The position numbers and the translations under genes are program-made. Source: Terracidiphilus sp. (GTDB taxonomy: Bacteria; Acidobacteriota; Terriglobia; Terriglobales; Acidobacteriaceae). From it: a stretch of DNA of 64,000 nucleotides. The stretch lies in NCBI GenBank assembly GCA_049518435.1, contig JBEKRU010000021.1:63-64062 (forward strand), in the 5' to 3' direction. This document shows positions 1 through 10,051 of this stretch, one piece after another (positions within the stretch are counted from its first letter, which is position 1; the number at the start of each line of letters is the position of its first letter). The notes below the pieces were generated by a model. That model saw only the letters and a program-made list of their open reading frames with translations, did not search any database and was not told the origin of the DNA.

Positions 1-282
1 AAAACAGCAAACGGCAAATGCGCCGATTTTAAACTGTCTCAACTTAGGGGGTCACCCCAATCCAATTAGAAACAGACTCGTGTACCAAAAATGGGGAACT
101 CCAGGCAGAAAAAACATCGTTTTCCTCACTTTGCGCGCTGAATTCCCGATAGAAACCTAACCTCATAAGGTGATGCTTGGGCCTGTTCTCTAACCCTATA
201 AGCAGACTCTTACCTATATAATTCAGCCTCCGATTGAACTTTTAGCACCTGAAAATAAACCACTTCCGGGTTCCTGTTCACC

Positions 283-1836
283 TCACGAAAGCACCCATCC
301 CGCCCGATTCTCCCGCCGAATAAACGGCGCAGCCTCCGGACAATTCTTAGCCACCATCTTCGGCCCATCCCACTCAATCTTCTTGCCCACACGCAAGCTA
401 ACGCACCCCAGCAGCATGATCTCCGTCAGCCGCGAAGTAATCTCAAACCGCGAGTAGCAAAGCTCCGGCTTGTTCTCTTTTACCGCCGTAAGCCACTCCT
501 GCGCATGATTCGACTTACCGTCTAAACCATACTTATTACGCGGGATACGCTCCTCATATTGCGTCATCGCCGGATGCTTCAAGTAGTGCAGATACTTCTC
601 ATCGCCCTTCAGCTTCACAAAGAAACTCGCGCCATAATCATCCGGCGAAAACACCGTTCCGTTCTCGCCAATCAGCAGGCACCCGCTCTCCGGAACCTCC
701 CCACGCAGCGCCACAATGTCCGCCGTCAGTTCAACCGGCGGCTTGTTGCTAAGGTCATGGCCGCCCCGCGCATTTTCATCCACCTGACCCCCGTCATACC
801 AGAACAGTGTCACCGCATCCTGTTCAATCGTCGTATAGTGATGAAACAAATGGGGATGCACCGCCGGAAAATGAGCCTTCCGCGCCGGAAACGCAAACCG
901 AATCTTCGATCCAACCGGATACGACTCCTTGTTCATCACGCTCAACGGCGTAGCCTCAATCTCCGTCGGATACCCCAGATTCAGCGCCCGAAACGGCATA
1001 TTCACCGTGTGGCACGCCATATCCCCCAGCGCTCCCGTCCCAAAATCCTGCCACCCCCGCCACACAAACGGGTTGTACTTGTCCTTCTTGTACGCCCGCA
1101 TGGGCGCCGGACCAATCCAAGTATCCCAATCTAAAGTAGTTGGCACCGGGTCGTCCCCCACCGGCCTATCCATCCCCTGCGGCCACACCGGCCGATTCGT
1201 CCACACATGCACCTGGTGGACCTGCCCAATAAGCCCGTCCTGAATCGTCTCCACCGCCCGCCGCAAGCCATCCGCGGCGCTGCCCTGGTTCCCCATCTGC
1301 GTCACAATCTTGTTCTGCTTGGCCATCTTCCGCAGATACCGCGCCTCATAAATCGTCTGCGTCAACGGCTTCTGGCAATAAACAGCCTTGTGCATCTTCA
1401 TCGCCGCCGACGCAATAATCGCGTGCATATGGTCCGGCGTCGACACCGTCACCGCATCAATCTGCGAGCCCATCTGGTCCAGCATTTGCCGGTAATTTTT
1501 GAAAAATTTCGCATTCGGATATTTCTGCGTCTGCGTCGTATAAATCTCAGAACCCGAGTCCACGTCGCACAGCGCGACAATGTTCTCTGCGGCGCAGGCA
1601 TCGGTGTCGCTGGTGCCTTTGCCGCCGATCCCGATGCAGGCGATGTTCAACTTGCTGTTTAGATTCTGGCCGCGCAAAAGCGTGGGCACGCCAAATGCGA
1701 GCGCACCAGCGGCCAGCGAAGTAGTTCTTAAGAAATCGCGGCGGTTGACTCGGGACGATGGAGCGAATTCCGGAGAATTCGAAAGGGGTATTCTCTTTGG
1801 CTCATTGCGCATCTGCAACAGAATACACCGGCGCAT
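283..1836 (-). CDS. Gfo/Idh/MocA family oxidoreductase with Tat signal
   Basis: 517-aa ORF. The N-terminus has a twin-arginine motif (NRRDFLRTTSLAAGALAFG), followed by a Rossmann segment (LNIACIGIGGKGTSD) typical of Gfo/Idh/MocA enzymes. The true start may be the internal Met at 1812. Confidence 0.85.
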   Translation of the reverse strand: MRRCILLQMRNEPKRIPLSNSPEFAPSSRVNRRDFLRTTSLAAGALAFGVPTLLRGQNLNSKLNIACIGIGGKGTSDTDACAAENIVALCDVDSGSEIYTTQTQKYPNAKFFKNYRQMLDQMGSQIDAVTVSTPDHMHAIIASAAMKMHKAVYCQKPLTQTIYEARYLRKMAKQNKIVTQMGNQGSAADGLRRAVETIQDGLIGQVHQVHVWTNRPVWPQGMDRPVGDDPVPTTLDWDTWIGPAPMRAYKKDKYNPFVWRGWQDFGTGALGDMACHTVNMPFRALNLGYPTEIEATPLSVMNKESYPVGSKIRFAFPARKAHFPAVHPHLFHHYTTIEQDAVTLFWYDGGQVDENARGGHDLSNKPPVELTADIVALRGEVPESGCLLIGENGTVFSPDDYGASFFVKLKGDEKYLHYLKHPAMTQYEERIPRNKYGLDGKSNHAQEWLTAVKENKPELCYSRFEITSRLTEIMLLGCVSLRVGKKIEWDGPKMVAKNCPEAAPFIRRENRAGWVLS

Positions 1837-1884
1837 CGGAGCCTTGTTTTCCCGATCAATTCCCTCTCGCCGCGTGAGCGCGGC

Positions 1885-4443
1885 TCAATCAATGCGCAAG
1901 GCCTTTACTGGGTCGATGGAGGCAGCACGCCTGGCGGGAATGATGCCGGCGATTGCTGCCGCCAGGGTGAGCGTGACGATAGCTCCAATCATAACTGTCG
2001 GGTTCACGGTGGTGATATCAAAGAGCTGCGACTTGACGTACCGGACGCAGAGCATGGCGATAGGCGCACCGATGATAAGTCCTGCGACAGCCTGCAGCAT
2101 GGCGCCGCGCATGACCATGCTAATCACGCGGCTGCGTTCGGCGCCGAGCGCCATGCGGATCCCGATCTCCGGCGTGCGGCGGACGACGGTATACGCCGTG
2201 ACGCCATAGAGTCCGATGGCGGCGAGCAGCAATGCCAGCCCACCGAAGAGCGAAGTAAGGCGCGCGATGAGGCGCTCCTGGATGAACTGGTCGTCAATCT
2301 GCTGCTGGAAGGTTTGGAACTTCACCACGGTGAGGTTGGGATTGATGCCGCCCAGCGTATCGCCAACGATTTTCTCAAAGCCGGGGATGGGGTGAGCGGT
2401 CTGAATGACCAGGGCTCCGGCAAAAAAGGACAGGTCTTTGTCGATGGTGTTGTCAGGGTTGGGATCGCTCGCGCTGCCGGCGCGCTGTGAGAGGGGAAGG
2501 AAGTACATGGCGTGGTCTTTCCAGTAGACGCTGGTGTAGGTTGTGTCTTCTACCACGCCGACAATCTCATGCGCTCCATCCAGGCCGGCCTGCCTGGGCC
2601 CTGAAAAACCAAAGCGATGTCCGATTGGATTGCGCTTGCCGAAGAACTGTTTCACGAACTCCTGGTTGACAACGGCGACGGGCGCGGCATTCAGCGTGTC
2701 CTGCGATGTGAAGCCGCGACCCATCACAACGTGCGTGCCTACAGAATCAAAGTACTCCGGCGTGCCTTTGACCCAGGAAGCTCCTTTATTGATGTCGGCA
2801 TCACCTTGGACTTTTACGCCCGATCCCCAGTTATTGTCTTCCATCGGCGTGTAGGTGGAGAGGCCGACTTTGAGAACGCCGGGAATGGCGTGGAAGCGGT
2901 CTTCGATGGTCTGGTAGAGAGGCTCGACCTCAGTGTTCCTGTAGCCCGCCGCCTGCGGATTGATGTGGGCGATGTAGCGGTTGGTTGCGTCCAGTTTCAT
3001 GTCGACGCTTTGAGCTTTGTTGAGGCTCTGTGCAAAGAGCCCTGCGGCGACCAGCAATACCAGTGACAGCGCGGCCTGCAGAACGACAAGCGCGCGCTGA
3101 ACCCAGGAAGCGCCCTGGGCGGTCGTGCGGGCGTTTGAGCGCAGAGCCTCGGCAGGCTGGGTACGCGCGGCCATCAGTGCCGGCACCAGACCGAAGAGCA
3201 CTCCTGTAAGCAGAGAGAGCAGAAAGGCAAAGCCGATGACCAGAGGCGAAGGCGACGCACTGACCGGCATGTTGTGCTGGTCAGGGAATGCGAGCGCCAG
3301 CAGGGCATGTGCCCCGAGGTAGGAGATAGCCAGCCCCAGCAAGCCTCCCAGGCCGGAAAGAAGCACGCTTTCAGTAAGCAGTTGGCGGACGATGCGGCTG
3401 CGCTGCGCGCCGAGAGCGGAGCGAATGGAGAGTTCCGCGCGGCGGCTCATGCCGCGCACCAGCAGAAGGTTGGCGATGTTGGCGCAGGCGACGAGCAGGA
3501 CGAGCGCGGCGATCCACTGCAGCAACTTGAGATGGTCCTTGTAACCGCTCTGGAGGTTCTGGATGCCGCCGCCGCCGGGCGTCAGCACCACGTGCGTGTT
3601 GGGAAGAACCTTCTGGGCGCGCGGGTCGGTGAATGTCTTGAGCGGCGCATACGTCTGCTTCAGCAGCGTGCTGGCCTTGGCCTGCAGGGACGGGACAGAA
3701 GTTCCTGGCTTTACGCGCCCGATGATGTAGGCCCACTGGGTATCGGGGTCGTTAAAGTAGGGCGCGCCACTGACTGTGTCCATCGCGTTCATGGGCACGA
3801 AGTACTTGGGGGGATTGGTGTCAATTCGGTCGCCGTAGAAGCCCCTCGGAGCGATTCCGATAATGGTGGCCGGCTTAGTGTTGATGTAGAAGGCGCTGCC
3901 GACAACGCTCGGGTCGCCCGCATAATCCTGTTGCCAGGCGTCGTAGCTCATGACGGCGGTAATGGGTGCCCCCTTCTGGTCGTCGGCGTCGGTGAAGAGC
4001 CGACCCGCCGCCGGCGAGAGTCCGAACACGCGAAAGTAATTGCCGGAGACGAAGGTGCCCGTGAACGATTTGGCCACGGTCTGTGCACCCGCGCGGCGAA
4101 CCGTGATCGGCCGCCATGCATAGCCGGACTCCATCGCCGCTAGCTCTTCGAACTCCGGCAGACTCTTCTTGAACATGTAATAGGTGTCTGTGGAGAAGAG
4201 CGAGTAGTCTCCGCTGTCATGCCACCCGCCGTTCACGCAGCAATCATCGTTGTCGCCGATGCGAATGAGGCTCTTAGGGTCTGTAACCGGGAGGTTATGC
4301 AGCAGGATGGCATTCACCAGCGTGAAGATCGCCGAGTTTGCGCCAATGCCGAGCGCCAGTGTGAGCAGAACGGTAATGGTAAACCCGGGCGTTTTCCTAA
4401 GCTGGCGCAGCGCGTAGCTCACATCCTGAAGTAGAATCCGCAT
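1885..4443 (-). CDS. ADOP family duplicated MacB/FtsX-like permease
   Basis: ORF 1885..4500; I prefer the start at MRILLQDVSYALRQLRKTPGFT (4443). It has two FtsX-type modules, each preceded by a large periplasmic domain, and ends ...IPARRAASIDPVKALRID, the usual ADOP/MacB tail. No PadR gene or ATPase is adjacent. Confidence 0.85.
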   Translation of the reverse strand: MRILLQDVSYALRQLRKTPGFTITVLLTLALGIGANSAIFTLVNAILLHNLPVTDPKSLIRIGDNDDCCVNGGWHDSGDYSLFSTDTYYMFKKSLPEFEELAAMESGYAWRPITVRRAGAQTVAKSFTGTFVSGNYFRVFGLSPAAGRLFTDADDQKGAPITAVMSYDAWQQDYAGDPSVVGSAFYINTKPATIIGIAPRGFYGDRIDTNPPKYFVPMNAMDTVSGAPYFNDPDTQWAYIIGRVKPGTSVPSLQAKASTLLKQTYAPLKTFTDPRAQKVLPNTHVVLTPGGGGIQNLQSGYKDHLKLLQWIAALVLLVACANIANLLLVRGMSRRAELSIRSALGAQRSRIVRQLLTESVLLSGLGGLLGLAISYLGAHALLALAFPDQHNMPVSASPSPLVIGFAFLLSLLTGVLFGLVPALMAARTQPAEALRSNARTTAQGASWVQRALVVLQAALSLVLLVAAGLFAQSLNKAQSVDMKLDATNRYIAHINPQAAGYRNTEVEPLYQTIEDRFHAIPGVLKVGLSTYTPMEDNNWGSGVKVQGDADINKGASWVKGTPEYFDSVGTHVVMGRGFTSQDTLNAAPVAVVNQEFVKQFFGKRNPIGHRFGFSGPRQAGLDGAHEIVGVVEDTTYTSVYWKDHAMYFLPLSQRAGSASDPNPDNTIDKDLSFFAGALVIQTAHPIPGFEKIVGDTLGGINPNLTVVKFQTFQQQIDDQFIQERLIARLTSLFGGLALLLAAIGLYGVTAYTVVRRTPEIGIRMALGAERSRVISMVMRGAMLQAVAGLIIGAPIAMLCVRYVKSQLFDITTVNPTVMIGAIVTLTLAAAIAGIIPARRAASIDPVKALRID

Positions 4444-4793
4444 TGAAGATCCTCCACGCACACTTCCGCGTATACCTTCAGCAAGCAAGTCGCGTTCCAC
4501 ATCATCTCTATTTCAGACACTTGAAATCAACAGCTTGGAAACCTCGACCTCGCGGACATGCGTTCATTGCCGAAAAAGAGTGTTCGAAACCGGACGCACC
4601 AGAACGGTGCCGCTAGCGACCGGAATTCCAAATTTACCGGTGCGAAATGTTTCGTCACTTCCCACATCAAAGCCGGCTGAGTCGTCAGACCGCTTAGTTT
4701 CCGTAATGCGCCAAATTAGAAGATTCTTGCGATCTGCTTTGTCCGCGACTCGCCTTCGGCGTTACATGGCGATTCTGACATTATCTTGAAAAT

Positions 4794-6314
4794 CTAGCCT
4801 TGACCTGGGTTCAGGAGCCTATTGAGTTCAGCGACTACCTGAAACGCATCTGCCACATAGACAACGTCGGCCTTCCCGCGCGCCCAATCGCAATTCGGGT
4901 GCAGGGTGATCGCGCGCCGCTCGGATATGAAGCGCCAGCCCACCATGTGCGGCTCCTCGCCGTAGCAGCATGTGGAAAGCCCCTTGCGATGGCGCGGCGC
5001 AGCGTCCGTCTGGCCGATTTGATTCAGGTGCGTAAGGAAAGGAAGCACCTGCTGGTTCTCGCCTGTTTGATCCACGAGCGATTTGCTGCTGCCCAGCGAC
5101 GCACCTCAAGCGGTTAGGAAATCGTGAATTAGATGCGCAGCGTCGTTTGCATGAACCTGTCCATCCGGCTGTTTCTTGGTCCATCTGGCGCCGGCGACGA
5201 AAAGCAACTCTGCATCGGGCCGGATAGTCTCTCCTCTCAGCGCGGGGCTCCGCATGCCGGTCACAGTGGTACGCAGCGCAGGCAGTTCCACCGCGATTTC
5301 CTCGACACTCGGAGACGCGGAATCCGCCGGAGAGGACACCCTTTCATAAGCTGCATGCGTCCCCGGATCGACGATTAGGAACCATGGTCGTTGATCGCGG
5401 CTGATGACCACCTCCACACGCTGGCGATAGAACCAGCGGCTGGCATCAACCTTATCCGTCCCGCCGATTGCGATGATGTGCGTATCGGTCACTCCGCCCA
5501 ACCGGAACACCACGGCCGCAGCCACTCGCGACCTGGCCTGTGCGAAGGCCTCGCCAGACGCGGCCAGCAGGCGCGCCCTTGTCTACGCCAATGCTTGGGT
5601 CTCCGGTTGACGAGAGCTGGTGAACCAGCTTTTTCGTCGGGCTTCCGCGATCAAAAATACCCTCATCCGTGTCTTCCAGAATCACGACGCAACTTCCCTG
5701 GATGCGCGGACCGGCGGAGTTCACCGCGGCGGTAACAAAGTTCGCGGAAGCAATTTTGGTGATGAATCGGCCGCGCTTATCCACCTGAAGCCATGGCTCT
5801 TCACCATCGTTCCATTTGGTCACGCGTATCTTTCCATTCAACATTCCGGTGTCCACACCCACGTAAGGAACCGGTTCAGTCAGCGCGAATGCCCCCCGCC
5901 ACGGCTTGCGGTCTTCCCCCTCAGTTGGCGGCGTGCTCAAGGCCATGTAGTGGTGCGACTGTTCGCGTGTTCCACGCTCTGAATGGGTGAGAGGGCCAGA
6001 AAACTCGCCACTGCTGCTGTTGCAGCGCCGCCGTCCACCAATGCCAGTTCGAACGCCATCAGTGCCAGCGCGAGGTTCTTCAGTCCCGCGTGGTCGAAAT
6101 CCTCCAGCATCGCGGCCTATTCGAGCGTCCACTCATGCGTGTTGCGCAGTCCTGCGGAAACCAGCCTCGCTACGGTCCCCCGCGCCACGCCCCGTGTCGA
6201 TTGCACCAGCATTTGCAGGTCGAACCCGTCCTCAGATCGCCATTGAATCTGGCGCACGGAGTCGCCGGGAAGAGTCAGCATTGCTCGCTGTCCCAGTACC
6301 GAAGCAGCACTCAT
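4794..6314 (-). pseudogene. Degraded electron-transfer-flavoprotein (ETF beta/alpha, etfBA/fixAB-like) remnant
   Basis: ORFs 5106..5525 and 4794..5075 are in the same frame and separated only by an in-frame TGA (5106..5108). Read-through gives ...LFVAGARW..HDFLTA*GASLGSSKSLVDQTG..QIGQTD..YGEEPHMVGW..ADVVYVADAFQVVAEL, which resembles the ETF-alpha C-terminal FAD domain (GxxxxHxxG, QVGQTG-like). Upstream pieces in other frames (5452..6132, 6117..6314) weakly resemble ETF-beta. The similarity is judged by eye and is divergent. Confidence 0.4.
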
Positions 6315-6572
6315 AAGTTGATCCTCGAATCGCGGTCAAATTGTCTCTTAGTGCGGCAACAAAGAGATTTGACCGGCGACACGACGAAAGACGACCAGCT
6401 CTTGGAAAATCCGGCCAAAGTTCTTGAATCAATCCATGATTGTGCCGCTAGACGCCAATCGAGGAGGTCTCGTTTCGCGCCAAAAATCGCCAACGCACTC
6501 ATCCTGCATGGGAGCTCCAGTTGCATTGCATCGAGCCTCGATCCCATTCCTTGGTCCCCGTTCCCTGCTCTT

Positions 6573-7148
6573 TTAAAACTTCCAGACCAACCCACTGGTG
6601 ATACGGGCAAAGCTATGAGGAAGTCCAGGGATCTGGTAGCCGATCAGGGTCGTTTGTCCAAGTGGTTCGAAGCTTGTGTGCTGGTAGCCGCCGGCCACTC
6701 GGAACGCGATGTGTCGCGTAAGCGGTGTATCCAACCCGCCTCCCAGCACCGCGGAAAAAGCGTTGGTCATACCGCGTACCCCGCCCGGCCCCCAATACTC
6801 GTTGATATGCCCGTTCCCTGCTAATCCCTCCAGGTACGCCTTTTCCCTGCCAAACCTCCGTCCGAACTGCGCACCCCCCAGGATGAAGAACGCGTGTTGC
6901 GGCACTCCCTGGTTGGATTCGGGGTAGCTGAACGCATCGAGCACAAATCGCACACCGTGATACTCCGGGAACTCTCCCGCTGCATCCCACCCGTTCAGTC
7001 CTTGCCGCGCTCCGGGCACTCCATTGAAGCTGTTCGAAAGATAGGTATAGCCGCCATAAACCTGGTACCGCTCCTGCGCCGGCGATTCGGCGTGGAGTGC
7101 GGTTGAAAGGCAAAGCATTGCGGCTAAACAGATGAGACGAGACGGCAT
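6573..7148 (-). CDS. Outer-membrane beta-barrel protein (OmpA-like/porin-family fold)
   Basis: 191 aa with signal peptide MPSRLICLAAMLCLSTALHA, alternating Gly/aromatic-rich strands and a C-terminal ...SGLVWKF (terminal Phe typical of BAM substrates). Confidence 0.7.
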   Translation of the reverse strand: MPSRLICLAAMLCLSTALHAESPAQERYQVYGGYTYLSNSFNGVPGARQGLNGWDAAGEFPEYHGVRFVLDAFSYPESNQGVPQHAFFILGGAQFGRRFGREKAYLEGLAGNGHINEYWGPGGVRGMTNAFSAVLGGGLDTPLTRHIAFRVAGGYQHTSFEPLGQTTLIGYQIPGLPHSFARITSGLVWKF

Positions 7149-7382
7149 TCACAGCCTCCGGGCAATGTTGTTCCTTCCATCCTATCTGGTCCATTTGCTT
7201 CTCGGAATCGTCCGGCGAACATTCCCCGCCAGCAATTCTTCCATCCCGGGGGCAATCGGCCACTGCCCACTCCCTCTTTGGAATCCACTTCAGACTGTGC
7301 TATATTCTTCAAGGACAGCAGGGGTATTCTCCTGCACCGCCGGCGTTCAAAACTCCAACCCTCCGGCATATAAAGAACACCT

Positions 7383-7458
7383 GGACGCGTAGCTCAACTG
7401 GCAGAGCATTCGGCTCTTAACCGACAGGTTGTAGGTTCGATTCCTACCGCGTCCACCA
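7383..7458 (+). tRNA. tRNA-Lys (anticodon CTT), CCA encoded
   Basis: Cloverleaf folded by hand. Acceptor GGACGCG/CGCGTCC, D arm GCTC-AACTGGCA-GAGC, anticodon loop CT-CTT-AA, T arm GTAGG-TTCGATT-CCTAC, discriminator A plus CCA at 7456..7458. Confidence 0.9.
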
Positions 7459-7567
7459 ATAGAATCAAGCACTTACAGCCTGTCACTTTTTCCCTCTGGT
7501 CCATGGTGGTCCTGTTGCTTCACGACCCTGAGCGATCTCCGCCATGGAGTCGCAGGATCCGTAGGCG

Positions 7568-8645
7568 CTAAAATTTCCCAGACAGAATGGCGGGGTCTCC
7601 GTCCGTGAAAATCTCCACGGTCCTGGAGTTCGTCGCATTGAGCGCGCTCTTCTCGATAGACTGCGCATCGACATCCCCCGTATTCTGGATGCTCGCGTAG
7701 CGCACTTCCCCTGGTGCATCCAATCCTGAATATCAACATCGGTCATCGGGACGCTGTCTCGAGTGATAAGTTGACAGCGACTCCGCTTGCCGCGTAGTGG
7801 ACACCGTCGAATTTCGCGGTCACCCTGACATGGTCTCCTGGATGAAGATCCTGGCTCGTTGGAATATCGGCCGAATTGAAAAAACCTGGTAGCCCTTGTA
7901 GTCTCGAGGATCGATCAGGACAAATATTCCCTAGTGTACGTCAAGGGTAGAGAGATTCCCGCTGAACACAAACTCGGAGCCCGGCATAGCCAACACCGCG
8001 ATTTGGCTGGCGAGGTCTCGCCCCTTGCCATCTGATTCAAATTTGACCGAAATGAGAGCGCCTTTGACTAGATCTGCAGTTCCAGCCTGTTCAGATGGAA
8101 CCGCCTGCTGTCCCCCGCGAGCGATTCGCGTGTTCTCCGATACCAGCAGTTTGAGAGGTTCACGCGCCAACCTGGAGCTAACGGTCAATTCACGAGTGCC
8201 TGAATTGTAGTTCAGCACCCTGCCGTCGCACTCCCCTTCGGGTGACAGCGACAGCACATGGATGCTGATGGCATAAACGCTTGTTCCGTCCAGGACAGTC
8301 TGCACCGAGGCATGGTCAGCAACCCAGATACCGAAGAGAAGTCCTTTTCCCATCGAGATACACCTGAGTGCGTTCGTCAAACAGGATCTTCATTGGCCGT
8401 TGACCAAAGATCTTCATCGTTATCTGATCCCGTACGGGATCAACCTTCTTCATCTCACCGCGCATGATGGTGCTCTTTCCCCCGGGCACGGGCGGTAACG
8501 CCGGGATATCCACTGCCGCGCTTTCAGAGTCAAGAGAAGGTAGCCGGCCGGCAACTTCTTGTGGCATTGCGCTCGCGAGTGACACTTGTGTCGTTGCCAC
8601 AACGCCAAATAAAACTACCGCGAAGAAACGATCCATTGTGCACAT
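7568..8645 (-). pseudogene. Decayed secreted multi-domain protein (unknown family)
   Basis: A signal-peptide ORF (8316..8645, MDRFFAVVLFGVVATTQVSLASA) continues in another frame (7931..8380). An in-frame TAG (7931..7933) follows, and then a further frame change inside an A6/T6 run (7879..7884). The downstream pieces still read as protein (..SADIPTSQDLHPGDHVRVTAKFDGVHYAASGVAV.. and ..GEVRYASIQNTGDVDAQSIEKSALNATNSRTVEIF..). Confidence 0.5.
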
Positions 8646-8845
8646 CCTTGATCCATTGCAAATGCTAAGTTGTGAGACAGGCAGTTATGGCGTCCAACGA
8701 ATCCAGCGGGCCCGGAACAAGATTCTAAACAACCGGACGACTCTTTGCGTGCTGACAATAGCAACCAGTATTGCGGAATTCAGTCGGCCCCAATTGAGAC
8801 TTACCTTATGCTCAGCCCGCCACGCGGAGAGGTCAAAAGAGCACA

Positions 8846-10030
8846 ATGCTTAAGACGCGACTAAGATTCTTCGCGGCGATAGCGATCATAGCGGTCATGG
8901 GGTCTTATGATGCATGGGCGGGAAGGATTCTGAAAATTACCATCCCGAAGCACAGCGAGCTAACGCTCGTGCAAAAGCTCAATCGCGAAGGCGTGGACGC
9001 AGCTAAGACGCAGCAATACGAAAAGGCCGCGGCGCTCTTCTACAAGGCGTATCTCTATGACCCACCCAATCCATTCACACTGAACAATCTCGGCTACATC
9101 TCCGAGTTACAAGGGGAATTGGATCGTGCGCATAAGTTCTACGCGTTAGCGGAGGAACAAGGCAGCAATGCGAACATCGAGCGGAGCAGTGCGAAGCGGC
9201 TGGAAGGAAAGCCCATGCAGCAAGCATTCGAGGGCCTTCAAGATATCCCTATGCAGGTTAATCGTATGAATGTGGACGCTATGGAGTTCTTGTCACAAGA
9301 TCGAGGAATCGAAGCGATTTCTCTTCTCAATGATGCTCTGGCTTTGGATTCACGGAATCCATTCATGTTTAATAACATTGCGGTGGCCGACGAATCCGTT
9401 GGAGACTATGACAGCGCCTTGAAATCATACGGCGCGGCTGCAGAATTACACTCTACTGAAGTCGTAGTTGTCACGTTGGATCGCTCATGGAGAGGAAAGT
9501 CCGTGAGCACCATGGCGGCCGCGAGCGCCAAGCGACTGGATGACCGGATGAAGAAGATGAACAGCGCAGAGGTAAGCGCTGCCATGTTTGATCTCCGCGG
9601 AGTCTCCGCGACTAATCAGAATGATCCTCTTGGGGCAAGGCGAGACTCCTTGCACGCTTACCTGTTCGATCCGGCGAGCGCATTTTCGCTCAATAATCGC
9701 GGGTACGTTGCAGAGATGGATGGCGATCTTGAGACGGCACAGTTCTTCTACGATAAGGCTCGGAAGGCAGACGATTCAGATGCCCGCGTCGGACTTGCAA
9801 CGCTCTCTTCAGCCGAAGGCAAAAAGCTTTCTGCAGTGGCAACTGAAAGCGACCACCATGTGGATGGCGCGCTCGACAGGTACAGTCAGGGGCGCCGCCG
9901 AGAAACAGCTCCAATTGAACTGATACTTCGCAATAAAGCTGCGGGCGGGGATTCGAGCGTGCAGCCGGCGAAGCCTTCATCTTCCAATGTCCCTCCCGCG
10001 GAAGTTCCATCCGCGACGCAAGCACACTAG
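8846..10030 (+). CDS. Secreted TPR-repeat protein
   Basis: 394 aa with a signal peptide (FFAAIAIIAVMGSYDAWA) and several TPR-like units (YEKAAALFYKAYLYDPPNPFTLNNLGYISELQGELDRAHKFY; AFSLNNRGYVAEMDGDLETAQFFYDKA). Confidence 0.8.
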   Translation: MLKTRLRFFAAIAIIAVMGSYDAWAGRILKITIPKHSELTLVQKLNREGVDAAKTQQYEKAAALFYKAYLYDPPNPFTLNNLGYISELQGELDRAHKFYALAEEQGSNANIERSSAKRLEGKPMQQAFEGLQDIPMQVNRMNVDAMEFLSQDRGIEAISLLNDALALDSRNPFMFNNIAVADESVGDYDSALKSYGAAAELHSTEVVVVTLDRSWRGKSVSTMAAASAKRLDDRMKKMNSAEVSAAMFDLRGVSATNQNDPLGARRDSLHAYLFDPASAFSLNNRGYVAEMDGDLETAQFFYDKARKADDSDARVGLATLSSAEGKKLSAVATESDHHVDGALDRYSQGRRRETAPIELILRNKAAGGDSSVQPAKPSSSNVPPAEVPSATQAH

Positions 10031-10051
10031 TTTTAAGAAGGATCTGTTTCC

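Noticed and set aside
5106-5108. In-frame TGA in the ETF-alpha-like frame as a selenocysteine codon.
   Set aside because: The aligned position in ETF-alpha is a hydrophobic residue or Ala, not Cys. I see no SECIS-like hairpin immediately downstream, and the gene carries other lesions. A nonsense mutation is more likely.
7459-7930. Integrase or mobile-element remnant next to the tRNA-Lys 3' end.
   Set aside because: None of the six frames shows tyrosine-recombinase motifs (R..HxxR..Y), and no repeat of the tRNA 3' end was found by eye. The sequence is better explained as the tail of the decayed secreted-protein gene.
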